Position numbers and translations under genes: made by a program. 64,000 nt of DNA. It comes from an uncultured Actinomycetes bacterium. Its GTDB lineage: Bacteria > SZUA-79 > Acidulodesulfobacterales > Acidulodesulfobacteraceae. Under the pieces are notes generated by a model, which was not told the origin of the DNA, did no database searches, and saw nothing but the letters and a program-made list of their open reading frames with translations. The stretch covers positions 246,366 through 310,365 of the forward strand of contig CAZVZU010000001.1 of assembly GCA_964631685.1 (NCBI GenBank). The letters run 5' to 3'. This document shows positions 1-10,107 of the stretch, piece by piece (the stretch's first letter is position 1; each line of letters opens with the position of its first letter).

Positions 1-203
1 CTTTTTATATTATAAGGATAAAATAAAGAAAGATGCTAAGGAGGGCGTGGCTTTTGCGCTTTACAGGGTAGAGATATTCAAAAAATATTAAGGAGGTGAT
101 TAGAGAAGAATATAGAGCATCTAATGCCGCTGCTCAGGATAAAATTAAATTTTTAATAGAATGAGACATATGTCGATTGTCAATAAAGAGGAGGATTGTT
201 GCA

Positions 204-1661
204 ATGAGTGAATCACTGTCGTTAAAACAAAGAATTAAATCTACTGTCGTAAAAAACACACTTTATCTGGCAGGTAATTATATAGCACCGAAATTAAGAG
301 ATGAGACAATAGTTAAGATTTCCGATAAATTAAGCAACTTTAAGGCTCCTGCAGGAAAGATTTTTTTTGACCACATCTTTGTAAATCTAAAAAGAAGATT
401 ACCCCATCTTTCCAAGGGTGTCAAAAAGGGGATATTGGATAATTTTATCTCCAATTTTTTAATTTTAAGCGGGGAAAGGAGGAGAGAGTTTATTGAGAAA
501 AATGGATTTTATCCACCACTTTTTTATGTCATTAGCCCAACAATGCATTGCAATTTAAAATGCTATGGATGCTATTCCGCAAACTACGAAAGAAAAGATA
601 TGCTTTCATACGAAAAGATTAACCAGATCATCGACGAAGGTAAAAAGTTCGGGATATTTTTCTATACATTTTCCGGAGGAGAGCCTTTTATTAGAAAAGA
701 TCTTATAGATATAATCGAAAAAAATAACGACTGCTATTTTCAAATATATACAAACGGTTCATTAATCGACGGTAGGATGGCTGAGAAAATAGCTAATATA
801 GGCAATGTGTTTCCTTGCATAAGTGTTGAGGGTTTTGAAAAGGAAACAGACGAAAGGAGGGGAAAGGGGCACTTTAAGAAGGTTCTCTCGGCAATGAATT
901 ATCTGAAGGATAATGGAGTACTTTTTGGATTTTCGGCAACGGCCACTAGATTCAACAACGATGTTATAGTAAGCGATGAATTTATAGATTTTTATATAAA
1001 ACAAGGTTGTTTTCTCGGATGGTATTTTAATTATATACCTATCGGCCGTGAACCCGATGTTAGCCTCATGCCTACGCCAGAACAACGAAATTATAGAAGA
1101 AAAAGAATAGCGACAATAAGGGAAATTAAACCTATCGTAGTTGCAGATTTCTGGAATGACGGCATACTCTCGCACGGATGTCTTTCAGGCGGCAGGGTTT
1201 ATCTCCACATAAATGCGAATGGCGGTGTTGAGCCTTGTGTGTTTGCCCAATTTGCTGCCGACAATATATTCGATAAATCAATGGAAGATATCCTTAATTC
1301 TATGTACTTCAAATCCATCAGGAGAGAGCAAATGGGCGTCAATAATAGGCTTCGCCCATGCATGATAATAGACCATCCTAAAATATTACGCAAGGTCGTA
1401 GCCGAAGGTGGAGCAAAAGCCACGCAAGAAGGCGGCGATTCCATTATAACGACACTCAAGGATGAAATGGATGAATATTCGCGGAGCTATGGAAAAATTG
1501 CCGACCGCACTTGGGAAGAAGAGTTTGGCAAAGGCAAATTTTTTTATAACTACGATGGCAAAAAGATCGAGCTGAATGAGGAAGAGTACTATAGAAGGAG
1601 TTTTTACCCTTTAAGTGGTGGTAAAAATTTAAAGAAACAAAATAAGAGGACACATTATTAG
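204..1661 (+). CDS. Radical SAM protein with SPASM/twitch domain
   Basis: CNLKCYGC motif, FSGGEPF, C-terminal GC..GR/HINANGGVEPC; ATG 204 follows GAGGAGG. Confidence 0.85.
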   Translation: MSESLSLKQRIKSTVVKNTLYLAGNYIAPKLRDETIVKISDKLSNFKAPAGKIFFDHIFVNLKRRLPHLSKGVKKGILDNFISNFLILSGERRREFIEKNGFYPPLFYVISPTMHCNLKCYGCYSANYERKDMLSYEKINQIIDEGKKFGIFFYTFSGGEPFIRKDLIDIIEKNNDCYFQIYTNGSLIDGRMAEKIANIGNVFPCISVEGFEKETDERRGKGHFKKVLSAMNYLKDNGVLFGFSATATRFNNDVIVSDEFIDFYIKQGCFLGWYFNYIPIGREPDVSLMPTPEQRNYRRKRIATIREIKPIVVADFWNDGILSHGCLSGGRVYLHINANGGVEPCVFAQFAADNIFDKSMEDILNSMYFKSIRREQMGVNNRLRPCMIIDHPKILRKVVAEGGAKATQEGGDSIITTLKDEMDEYSRSYGKIADRTWEEEFGKGKFFYNYDGKKIELNEEEYYRRSFYPLSGGKNLKKQNKRTHY

Positions 1662-1682
1662 ATAAGAGTATATGCTATCATG

Positions 1683-1736
1683 TAGCCAGCGTACTTGCGC
1701 GTGTTTACTCGCGCAAGTACGCTGGCTATTTTTGTT
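1683..1736 (+). terminator. Rho-independent terminator
   Basis: Perfect 19-bp stem tagccagcgtacttgcgcg / cgcgcaagtacgctggcta, 8-nt loop, followed by a T-run. Confidence 0.85.
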
Positions 1737-1773
1737 TAGCTTAGAAATATTTTTTATACTATAATAAAAACAT

Positions 1774-3891
1774 ATGATTGCAGATGTGGTTATCCCTAAA
1801 ACAGGAACTAATATTAAATTTAGTTATACAATACCCAAAATTTTTGAGGAAGTGGCAGATATCGGCATGGCCGTTTTAGTGCCCTTCAAAAATACACTTC
1901 TTTACGGCTATATATACGATATTAAAAACTCGCTTGACGTAGCCGGATTAAAAAAAATCAAATTAAAAGAAATACACCAGCTTTCAAAAGCATCTTTTTT
2001 TAAGGAAATCCATAAAGATTTATATAACTTTTTGTCCTCATATTACCATGAAAATATCTCAAGGGTCTTGGAAACTACATTGCCGTCTATTGGCGTAAAA
2101 CATTTTAATCTTTTAGACAAATATTACGAAGAAGCACAAAGTGCAAGTAATAATCAAAACCCGGAACCGACAAATATTATTTCCGATATCCCCTACAAGC
2201 TTACAAATAATCAGATAGATGCGGCTAAAGCAATTAAAATTGCAATGAAAAACGGCATATATAAAACATTTTTACTTCATGGCGTTACGGCAAGCGGAAA
2301 AACAGAAATTTATTTTAATTTATTAGAATTTGCTTTAAGTTTAAATAAGCAAATAGTTATAATTGTTCCAGAAATATTCATCACAAATCAATTTATTTAT
2401 TTGATAAAAAATAGATTCAAAGGATTACTACAGCAAAATAAATTTGCAATATTTCATAGTAAAATTTCCAAAAAAGAGAAATTAGTTAATTGGTTTAGGA
2501 TAATAAATGGAGATGTTCAATTAATTTTAGGGGCAAGATCAGCTATATTTGCCCCCTTAAAAAATGCAGGGCTCGTGATAGTAGACGAGGAACATGACGG
2601 CTCATATAAACAACAGTCGGGTCTTTTATATAATGCAAGAGATACTGCGGTTATGATTGCTAAAAAAGCCTCTGCCGTTTGCGTTTTGGGTTCAGCAACC
2701 CCTGCATTGGAATCATATTACAATGCAAAGGTGCTTCATAAATATGAATATATTCATATTAAAAGTAGAGTAAAAGGCCATCTTATGCCGATTGTAAAAT
2801 TAATAGACTTGAAGAAAGAATTTAAAAATTCAGCCAAAACCGAGTTTAAAGATAAAATTTTATCCAGTAAATCGATAGGATTTATAAGAGATAATCTGAA
2901 ACAGAATAGGCAAGCGTTACTTTTCTTAAACAGAAAAGGGTTTTCCACATTTCTGATATGCACATCATGCGGACATCACTTTTTTTGTAAAAAATGCGCC
3001 ATTTCGTTGGTCTATCACAAAAAACAAAATACAACAACTAACGAAAATGGATTTTTGAAATGTCATTACTGCAATTATCAGGAAAACGTTCCTAAAGCAT
3101 GCCCTGAATGCGGTAGTGAAAATATTGAACCGTACGGGGTCGGAGTTCAGAAATTAGAAGATAATGTCAGGTTATTATTTAATGATAATACTGCTAAAAT
3201 TGAAAGGGTTGACTCTGATATTGTAAAAAGCCAGAAAAAGGGGGCAGAAATATTCAAAAAAATGCAAAAGAAAGAAATTGATATACTTATCGGGACACAA
3301 CTTATCACTAAAGGTCATGATTTTCCGAATGTCGGACTTGTTGTTGTAATACTAGCTGACGGTTTATTGAACATCCCCGATTTTAGAAGCGCCGAGAAAG
3401 CATTTCAGGTGTTAATGCAAGTTTCGGGAAGAGCAGGTAGAGGCGATCACCGCGGAGATGTAATAATACAAACATTCATAGTTAATAACTATATATTAAA
3501 TTTTGCCATCGATCATGATATTATAGGCTTTTACGAAAAAGAACTTGAAATACGGGAAGAATATGGCTATCCTCCATACTCTAAAATAGCGGCAATAAGA
3601 TTAATAGATAAAAACCTTGATAAGCTCAGAAAAACATCGCAAGATTTACGAAATATTGTTGATAAAATAATTAAATTAAATGGATTTGAAAATATATCCG
3701 TATTGGGTCCGTCTCCGTGTCCAATTGAAAAAATAGATAATAATTTTAGATACCAGTCAATATTAAAATCTCGCGGCAAAATGTCTGATCTACATAAATT
3801 GATAAGCATGTTAAAGCAAGATTTACAATTGTCAAAATACTTTATAACTCAAAAAATCATTATAGATATTGACCCTGATGTTCTTATGTGA
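1774..3891 (+). CDS. priA: Primosomal protein N' (replication restart helicase)
   Basis: LLHGVTASGKTE, VDEEHD, SATP, four CxxC, GTQLITKGHDFP, QVSGRAGR, IDIDP end. Confidence 0.95.
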   Translation: MIADVVIPKTGTNIKFSYTIPKIFEEVADIGMAVLVPFKNTLLYGYIYDIKNSLDVAGLKKIKLKEIHQLSKASFFKEIHKDLYNFLSSYYHENISRVLETTLPSIGVKHFNLLDKYYEEAQSASNNQNPEPTNIISDIPYKLTNNQIDAAKAIKIAMKNGIYKTFLLHGVTASGKTEIYFNLLEFALSLNKQIVIIVPEIFITNQFIYLIKNRFKGLLQQNKFAIFHSKISKKEKLVNWFRIINGDVQLILGARSAIFAPLKNAGLVIVDEEHDGSYKQQSGLLYNARDTAVMIAKKASAVCVLGSATPALESYYNAKVLHKYEYIHIKSRVKGHLMPIVKLIDLKKEFKNSAKTEFKDKILSSKSIGFIRDNLKQNRQALLFLNRKGFSTFLICTSCGHHFFCKKCAISLVYHKKQNTTTNENGFLKCHYCNYQENVPKACPECGSENIEPYGVGVQKLEDNVRLLFNDNTAKIERVDSDIVKSQKKGAEIFKKMQKKEIDILIGTQLITKGHDFPNVGLVVVILADGLLNIPDFRSAEKAFQVLMQVSGRAGRGDHRGDVIIQTFIVNNYILNFAIDHDIIGFYEKELEIREEYGYPPYSKIAAIRLIDKNLDKLRKTSQDLRNIVDKIIKLNGFENISVLGPSPCPIEKIDNNFRYQSILKSRGKMSDLHKLISMLKQDLQLSKYFITQKIIIDIDPDVLM

Positions 3892-3955
3892 TAAACTAAG
3901 GGCTTAGGTTGAGTGTTTTTCAGATTTTAGTTGGTTAATTTTAATGAGGTTACTT

Positions 3956-4240
3956 ATGAATAAAGCTGAATTTGTCGAAAAATTTGCTAAAAAAAATAAT
4001 ATTTCTATTAAGGTATCAGGCGTAATAGTGGACACAATAGTGGATACGATAAAAGAAGCTTTAATTCAAAGAAAAAGAGTTGAGATAAGAGGTTTTGGAA
4101 GCTTTTGTATTAAAGAATATGGTGCATACATGGGTAGAAATCCTAAGACCGGAGAGATTATCAATGTTCAAGATAAATTAGCTCCTTTTTTTAAAATGAG
4201 CAAGGTTTACAAAAATAATCTCATTAAGGAGAACAGTTAA
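3956..4240 (+). CDS. Integration host factor / HU family DNA-binding protein
   Basis: RVEIRGFGSF and GRNPKTGE motifs; IHF-beta-like. Confidence 0.9.
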   Translation: MNKAEFVEKFAKKNNISIKVSGVIVDTIVDTIKEALIQRKRVEIRGFGSFCIKEYGAYMGRNPKTGEIINVQDKLAPFFKMSKVYKNNLIKENS

Positions 4241-4259
4241 TTATTTTATAAAACCAATT

Positions 4260-5663
4260 ATGGAAGGTGTCAAGAAAAAGAGGTTTTTCGTAAAAACTTA
4301 CGGTTGTCAAATGAATTTCCATGATTCCGGTTTAATCGAAGATGGCCTTTTAAAGAATGGGTTCAGTAAGGCAATATCTCCCGACAGTGCCGATATTGTT
4401 ATCCTTAATACATGTAGCGTCCGAGACCGCGCAGAACATAAAATTGCTTCAGCGGTAGGCAGGCTAAACAAAAACACGAAAATTGTTCTCGCAGGTTGCT
4501 TTGCAAAGCATATTAAACTAAAAAAGGAAAATAAAATAGATGACAGCAGTACAAACATTCCGATAGATTACTGTTTTGCACCGGACGAGATATTGTCCAT
4601 TCCGGATGTCCTTGCCAATGATTTGAAAAAGGACCATGCCCGCAACATAAATGACAAGAAAATTGAGCCCGTCACAACGGACAATTACCAAAATTTTCAT
4701 TTAGTCGAAGATTATTTTTATAATAAAAGCGTAAACAGCGATACTGCAACGATCAAAATTATAGAAGGTTGCAATAATTTTTGTTCTTACTGCATCGTTC
4801 CATTCGTCAGAGGCAGAGAAAGATCTATACCCTTGGACATAATATGTAATACCGCACAAATATATGCAAACAAAGGTATAAGCGAAATTCTTCTTCTAGG
4901 CCAAAATGTTAACTCATATTTATCACCAGAGTCTGATAACAGTAAAAAAAACTTTTCCTATATGCTTGAGACTTTAACAAAAATAGATGGTATAAAAAAG
5001 ATAAAATTTTTAACATCCCATCCTAAGGATTTCAATGACGAATTAATAGAATTAATTTGCAAAAATGAGAAGGTTTCGAAAAGTATACATCTGCCGGTTC
5101 AGTCAGGTTCCGACAAGATACTGTCCGCCATGAATAGAGGCTACACGAGACGAGATTATTTAAGGCTTATAGAAAAACTTAGAAAAGGATATCCTGACAT
5201 TGTATTTTCCACAGATATAATAGTCGGTTTTCCAACGGAAAACGAAGAGGATATAGATATGACACTTTCTCTGTTAGACGAGGTAAAATTTGATTTTATA
5301 TTCGGATTTAAATATTCTCCAAGGCCTTTTACGAAATCTTTCAAAATTCAGGACGATGTTGTTTCTGAGAAAAAAAAAGAAAGACTTGAAAAAGTTTTTA
5401 AGAAACAGAGGGGTATCTTTGGTTCCATTTTAAACGAATTGAAAGATACACAGGTTAATGTTACAATCTCTAAAATAGATGAAGAAAAAAATTCCTCGGA
5501 ATTCAAAAAAGGTATCCGCTTTAAAGGAGAAGGGTTGAACGAAAGAACAATATATATTATCAATAAAAACGAATACACAAATTTGATAATCGGGGATAAA
5601 AGAAGGGTAGTAATTACATATGTCGAAAATAATAGGCTTTATGGTGAGGTTCTAATAAAATGA
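4260..5663 (+). CDS. miaB: tRNA methylthiotransferase MiaB
   Basis: TYGCQMN, NTCSVR, GCNNFCSYCIVP, LLGQNVNSY, HLPVQSGS, DIIVGFPTE. Confidence 0.93.
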   Translation: MEGVKKKRFFVKTYGCQMNFHDSGLIEDGLLKNGFSKAISPDSADIVILNTCSVRDRAEHKIASAVGRLNKNTKIVLAGCFAKHIKLKKENKIDDSSTNIPIDYCFAPDEILSIPDVLANDLKKDHARNINDKKIEPVTTDNYQNFHLVEDYFYNKSVNSDTATIKIIEGCNNFCSYCIVPFVRGRERSIPLDIICNTAQIYANKGISEILLLGQNVNSYLSPESDNSKKNFSYMLETLTKIDGIKKIKFLTSHPKDFNDELIELICKNEKVSKSIHLPVQSGSDKILSAMNRGYTRRDYLRLIEKLRKGYPDIVFSTDIIVGFPTENEEDIDMTLSLLDEVKFDFIFGFKYSPRPFTKSFKIQDDVVSEKKKERLEKVFKKQRGIFGSILNELKDTQVNVTISKIDEEKNSSEFKKGIRFKGEGLNERTIYIINKNEYTNLIIGDKRRVVITYVENNRLYGEVLIK

Positions 5664-6343
5664 TAGCTGATTTTCACACTCATACTACGTTTTCAGACGG
5701 AGAGCTTGTTCCTGCAGAATTGATTAGAAGGGCTATTTATGCCGGAATAGAAGTCATTGCAATAACAGATCATGCCGATTTTTCTAGCATAGAGTTTAAT
5801 TTATCTAGCATTAAAAAAATTTGTGAAAAAATAAATGCCTTATATGGTGATAATGGTAAATTCAAGGTATTGCCTGGCGTGGAAATAACCCACATTCCCC
5901 CAGCGCTTATAAAAAACGCAGTCAGTCTTGCAAGAAGGTGCGGTGCATCCATTGTTATAGTCCATGGGGAAACACTAGTTGAACCAGTCGAAAAAGGAAC
6001 AAATTTGGCGGCATTGAACGAGGATATTGATATACTGGCTCACCCAGGTTTAATTACGGAGGAGGATGCCTTACTTGCAAAAAAAAACGGCATCTATTTA
6101 GAACTTTCATATAGAAAAGGACACTGTCTGTCAAATGGCCATGTGAAAGATATCGCAAAAAGAGTAGGGGCTCAACTTATTATATCAAGCGATGCACATT
6201 CGCCTTCTGATATTTTAGACGAAACAAAATATAAAAATGTCGGGTTAGGGGCAGGGTTGACTTACTCAGAGATTAATAAAATAAAAGAAAATGCAAAAAT
6301 TATCGCAATGCAAGCTTTTCAAAAGCATGCTTGTATAAACTAA
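5660..6343 (+). CDS. PHP-domain phosphoesterase (histidinol-phosphatase-like)
   Basis: DFHTHT, ITDH, GVE, AHP, SDAH motifs. Confidence 0.85.
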   Translation: MIADFHTHTTFSDGELVPAELIRRAIYAGIEVIAITDHADFSSIEFNLSSIKKICEKINALYGDNGKFKVLPGVEITHIPPALIKNAVSLARRCGASIVIVHGETLVEPVEKGTNLAALNEDIDILAHPGLITEEDALLAKKNGIYLELSYRKGHCLSNGHVKDIAKRVGAQLIISSDAHSPSDILDETKYKNVGLGAGLTYSEINKIKENAKIIAMQAFQKHACIN

Positions 6344-6379
6344 CAATTAGATACAAGTAAAGATGAGGGACAAGACAAA

Positions 6380-7036
6380 ATGGACAAGATAGATTTTGAA
6401 GGATTTTTAGTTAAAAATAAGGTGTTATTAACAGTAGGTATTGTAGCTATTGTCATACTTATCGGTTCAATTTTTGCTTATAGATACTATGAGTTTAGAA
6501 TGAATACATCTGCTAATACATTGTTGTGGAAAGGGATAAAATCCTATATGTCCCTCAACGGCAAAAACCAAAAAATGTCTGCCGAATCTTCTATTGTCTA
6601 TCTTAAAAAAATTAAGAGCAAGTACAAGGGAACCAATGCATATAAGATTGCCAATTTTTACTTAGGATTGGACTATAGAAAGATTGGCAAATTAAATAAA
6701 TCTATAGTTTATTTGTCCGAATATACTAAAATGTATCCCAAACCCAATTCAAGCAATCTATCTTATTTGGCATATAGCAATATGGCAGATATTGCAATGA
6801 TCGAAAAGAATTATAAGAATGCCGTTAAGTATTTCTCAGAGATGACCAAAATAGATAGCATTAGGTTGCAAGAACATGCACTTCTAAGAGAGGCCTACCT
6901 TTACACTCAAATCAAAGAACAAAAAAAGGCTATAGCAATTTATAAAGCTATACTGACTAATGATGCTATCACCAAAGACAGGGGGTATATTGAAAATCTT
7001 ATACAGCTTAATTCATATAAATTAAAAAAACAATAG
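6380..7036 (+). CDS. Membrane-anchored TPR protein (YfgM-like)
   Basis: Single N-terminal TM helix then TPR-like helical repeats. Confidence 0.7.
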   Translation: MDKIDFEGFLVKNKVLLTVGIVAIVILIGSIFAYRYYEFRMNTSANTLLWKGIKSYMSLNGKNQKMSAESSIVYLKKIKSKYKGTNAYKIANFYLGLDYRKIGKLNKSIVYLSEYTKMYPKPNSSNLSYLAYSNMADIAMIEKNYKNAVKYFSEMTKIDSIRLQEHALLREAYLYTQIKEQKKAIAIYKAILTNDAITKDRGYIENLIQLNSYKLKKQ

Positions 7037-7074
7037 TGGTGTGCTAAGTACATAATTTTCGATAGGCAAAAAAA

Positions 7075-9348
7075 ATGAGTCCTATAAATTTGATATTTTT
7101 ATGGCATTTTCATCAACCCTATTATAAGGATAATTACACAAAAGAGATATTAATGCCATGGACAAGGCTTCATGCTACTAAGGATTACTATTTCATGGGT
7201 GCTGTCCTTAAAAATTTCCCAAAAATACACGCTACATTTAATTACTCACCTTCATTGCTAACTCAATTAGACGGATATATAAATAACTACAAAGGTGCAA
7301 TAGACAAGGAGAGATTTTTAAATATTTCAGACAAAAAAATCAATGAATTATCAAGAAATGATAAGTCATTCATTCTAAGGAAATTCTTTCCGGCATGCTC
7401 ATCTAGCAATAATTTTTTAGAAAAAAGCGTCCGATTCAAACAACTACACCAAAGATTACAAGACAATAAAGAAAAAATTGAATTATTTAATCCTCAAGAT
7501 TACATAGATATAATTGTTTTATTTAACATGTCATGGATAGATCCTGTTTCAATAAATTCGGATAATTTTTTAGCAGAACTTAGAGATAAGGATAAAAATT
7601 TCACAGAATTAGAAAAACATAGATTAATAAACGAAAATATACCGACTATATTAAATAAGATATTCCCTTTATTGAAGGAGTTATCTGGTAGCGGTCAAAT
7701 TGAGCTTTCAGCAAGCCCCTTCTATCACCCCATATTGCCCCTTCTGTGCGATACTGATGTTGCAAGCTTCCACTTTAATAAAAATACACAACTTCCAAAA
7801 CCCTTCAAACATCCTGAAGACGCTAATTATCAAATTAAAAGTGCGATAAATTATTTCAAGAAAAAATTAAATTATAGCGTAAACGGAATGTGGCCGTCTG
7901 AGGGAAGCGTCAGCGAAAAAACTCTAAAACTTTTAATTGACAACAATATTAAATGGGTAGCAACAGATGAAGATATACTTTCTAACTCCATAGGTGTTGA
8001 TTTTTCAAACTTAAACAAAAGAAAACTTCTCTATATGCCCTATGCAGTTAAAAGAGATAACGGATACTTATATATGTTTTTTAGGGACAGAATGCTTTCA
8101 GATTTAATCGGCTTTAAATACTCCAACTATGCACCTAAGACGGCTGCTAATGATTTAATTAATAACCTTAAGAATATATCTATAAGTGTACAAAATAACA
8201 ACAAAAACGGTCTTTCAGTAGCATCTATAATATTAGACGGAGAAAATGCTTGGGAATATTATAAAAATAATGGATATGATTTTTTTAATTATCTTTATGA
8301 AGGGTTATCTAATAACACAGAAATTGTAAATACCGTTACGATTAGTGATTACATAAGAAAGGTAGAAAAAACATTAAACATAGCTAATGAAACAGCGGTA
8401 GGGCATGCTAAAACTTATAAATTTTTTGATATTAAATGGAAAACCCAACAAACTTTAGATTCCTCTAAAATTTATAATATCCCCACTGTTTATCCCGGAT
8501 CGTGGATTAATCACGATTTCAGAATATGGATAGGGGATAAGGAGGACAATAAGGCATGGAATTTACTCTCAAAAACGAGAGATTATCTTATGAGTAAAAT
8601 GCATCAGTTCACATTAAAAGATGAAAGGTTCAGGTTGGCATGGGAACAAATTTATATAGCCGAGGGAAGCGACTATAATTGGTGGTATGGCGAAGATAGA
8701 ACATCTGGAATAGACGAGGAATACGACCGATTATACAGATCGCACCTTATAAATGTCTATAAATTTTTGAATGAAGAAAATCCACCCGACGATTACTATA
8801 TCCCTATAATAGAGAGAAAGCGGGCAATTAAACCAATGTTTGCTATAGTATCCTTTATTAATCCTAAAATTGACGGTGTTGTGGATAATTATTTTGAGTG
8901 GCTTGGAAGTGCGGTTTATTTTCCTAGCGTTTTGGCTGGAAAAGCAATGGCGCATACCGATAGATTTATAAGAAAACTCTTATATGGATTTAATGAGACA
9001 ACTTTTTTTATGAGATTTGATTTTCTAAAAAGGAAAACCATTGAGCTAGAAGATAAAATATTAAAGATAGAATTCATCAATCCGGATAAATTTACGATAA
9101 ACATAGAACTCAACAGAAAAGATTTATCTGATTCGCTAAAAGAGAACGGCATAAAAGCTGTGTTTAAAAATGTTTTAGAAATATCCGTACCAATTTCGGT
9201 TGTTAAATCAAGTAACTTAATAGATTTCTATATAACTTTAACTTACAAGCATAATGCCATTACGGAAATAGAGCGTTTCCCTGTAGAAGGTTATTTTGAA
9301 ACTACAATACCGGGTAAAAATTTTGAAATAATCAATTGGCTTGTGTGA
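7075..9348 (+). CDS. Glycoside hydrolase family 57 (amylopullulanase-like)
   Basis: WHFHQP, PFYHPILPLL, GMWPSEG, LDGENAWE, AEGSD motifs. Confidence 0.92.
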   Translation: MSPINLIFLWHFHQPYYKDNYTKEILMPWTRLHATKDYYFMGAVLKNFPKIHATFNYSPSLLTQLDGYINNYKGAIDKERFLNISDKKINELSRNDKSFILRKFFPACSSSNNFLEKSVRFKQLHQRLQDNKEKIELFNPQDYIDIIVLFNMSWIDPVSINSDNFLAELRDKDKNFTELEKHRLINENIPTILNKIFPLLKELSGSGQIELSASPFYHPILPLLCDTDVASFHFNKNTQLPKPFKHPEDANYQIKSAINYFKKKLNYSVNGMWPSEGSVSEKTLKLLIDNNIKWVATDEDILSNSIGVDFSNLNKRKLLYMPYAVKRDNGYLYMFFRDRMLSDLIGFKYSNYAPKTAANDLINNLKNISISVQNNNKNGLSVASIILDGENAWEYYKNNGYDFFNYLYEGLSNNTEIVNTVTISDYIRKVEKTLNIANETAVGHAKTYKFFDIKWKTQQTLDSSKIYNIPTVYPGSWINHDFRIWIGDKEDNKAWNLLSKTRDYLMSKMHQFTLKDERFRLAWEQIYIAEGSDYNWWYGEDRTSGIDEEYDRLYRSHLINVYKFLNEENPPDDYYIPIIERKRAIKPMFAIVSFINPKIDGVVDNYFEWLGSAVYFPSVLAGKAMAHTDRFIRKLLYGFNETTFFMRFDFLKRKTIELEDKILKIEFINPDKFTINIELNRKDLSDSLKENGIKAVFKNVLEISVPISVVKSSNLIDFYITLTYKHNAITEIERFPVEGYFETTIPGKNFEIINWLV

Positions 9349-9358
9349 TAAATATATT

Positions 9359-9386
9359 ATGTCCCATAATGAACATTATGTAAACT
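9359..9386 (+). other. dif: Chromosomal dif site (XerC/XerD recombination site)
   Basis: ATGTCCCATAA-TGAACA-TTATGTAAACT, 11-6-11 layout; right arm matches the B. subtilis XerD arm, left arm ends CATAA like the E. coli XerC arm; genes converge here. Confidence 0.85.
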
Positions 9387-9512
9387 ACTTAGTACTTTTC
9401 TTTTAAATGAGATTTGCCCGGGATTTCTAATGGAATGACTTTAGGACGCAACCTGCAAAAATTATTTAAATCAGTGTCTCTCTGTTAAAAGTATGAATAG
9501 AGAAATTTTAGA

Positions 9513-9926
9513 TCAGTTGGTTTGCACTATTACCCAAGACGATGAACCGTCAGGTTGCACATTGACGTGTTCACCTGGATATAGGCAATGAAAGTTACTC
9601 ATTTTATGCGTATTTTGAATGGTAATTATCTTACCAGACTGTAGCTCAATCTCATTATAGCAGTGACTGAGACCTTGGCTATCAGGCTTGCAGTTGGAAT
9701 CGGTTCTTACGATACCAGTAGCAGGATCTAGGAGTTTACTACCCCGGACAATCGGCACGAAATAGCGTCCCGCCTCACCATTCATATACCAAGAAATAGG
9801 TCCATGGACGCCTTTGGGTAACTTTGGCGCCCATGCCTGTGCAAATAATGGAAGTCCTATTATAAAAAATACAAGTATTATGATAACCGTCAGAAACTTT
9901 TTCCAATCTATATTGTACAAATTCAT
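9513..9926 (-). CDS. Small exported protein with Cys/His residues, function unknown
   Basis: Signal peptide ending AQA, SD AAGGAG, 137 aa. Confidence 0.75.
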   Translation of the reverse strand: MNLYNIDWKKFLTVIIILVFFIIGLPLFAQAWAPKLPKGVHGPISWYMNGEAGRYFVPIVRGSKLLDPATGIVRTDSNCKPDSQGLSHCYNEIELQSGKIITIQNTHKMSNFHCLYPGEHVNVQPDGSSSWVIVQTN

Positions 9927-9963
9927 GATTTCTCCTTAATTAAAAACAACATTTGATTTGACT

Positions 9964-9991
9964 AGTATGCCATATTGAACACTATTGTCAA
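9964..9991 (-). promoter_or_regulatory. Putative sigma70 promoter for the 9513-9926 gene
   Basis: TTGACA-N16-CATACT with TGn extension on the minus strand. Confidence 0.5.
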
Positions 9992-10107
9992 TAAATTTAC
10001 ACATCCAAAAATACTATCCTGAAGCCTTCAAAATTACTCCTGCGGATTTTTCCTTTAATTCCATGGAGCATTAATGCCTTCACGACCGGCGTTTATTTGC
10101 CATATAG

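Noticed and set aside
2..164. Possible 3' end of an upstream gene (stop at 91, or 164 via a frameshift in an A-run)
   Set aside because: Too short and no recognisable motif
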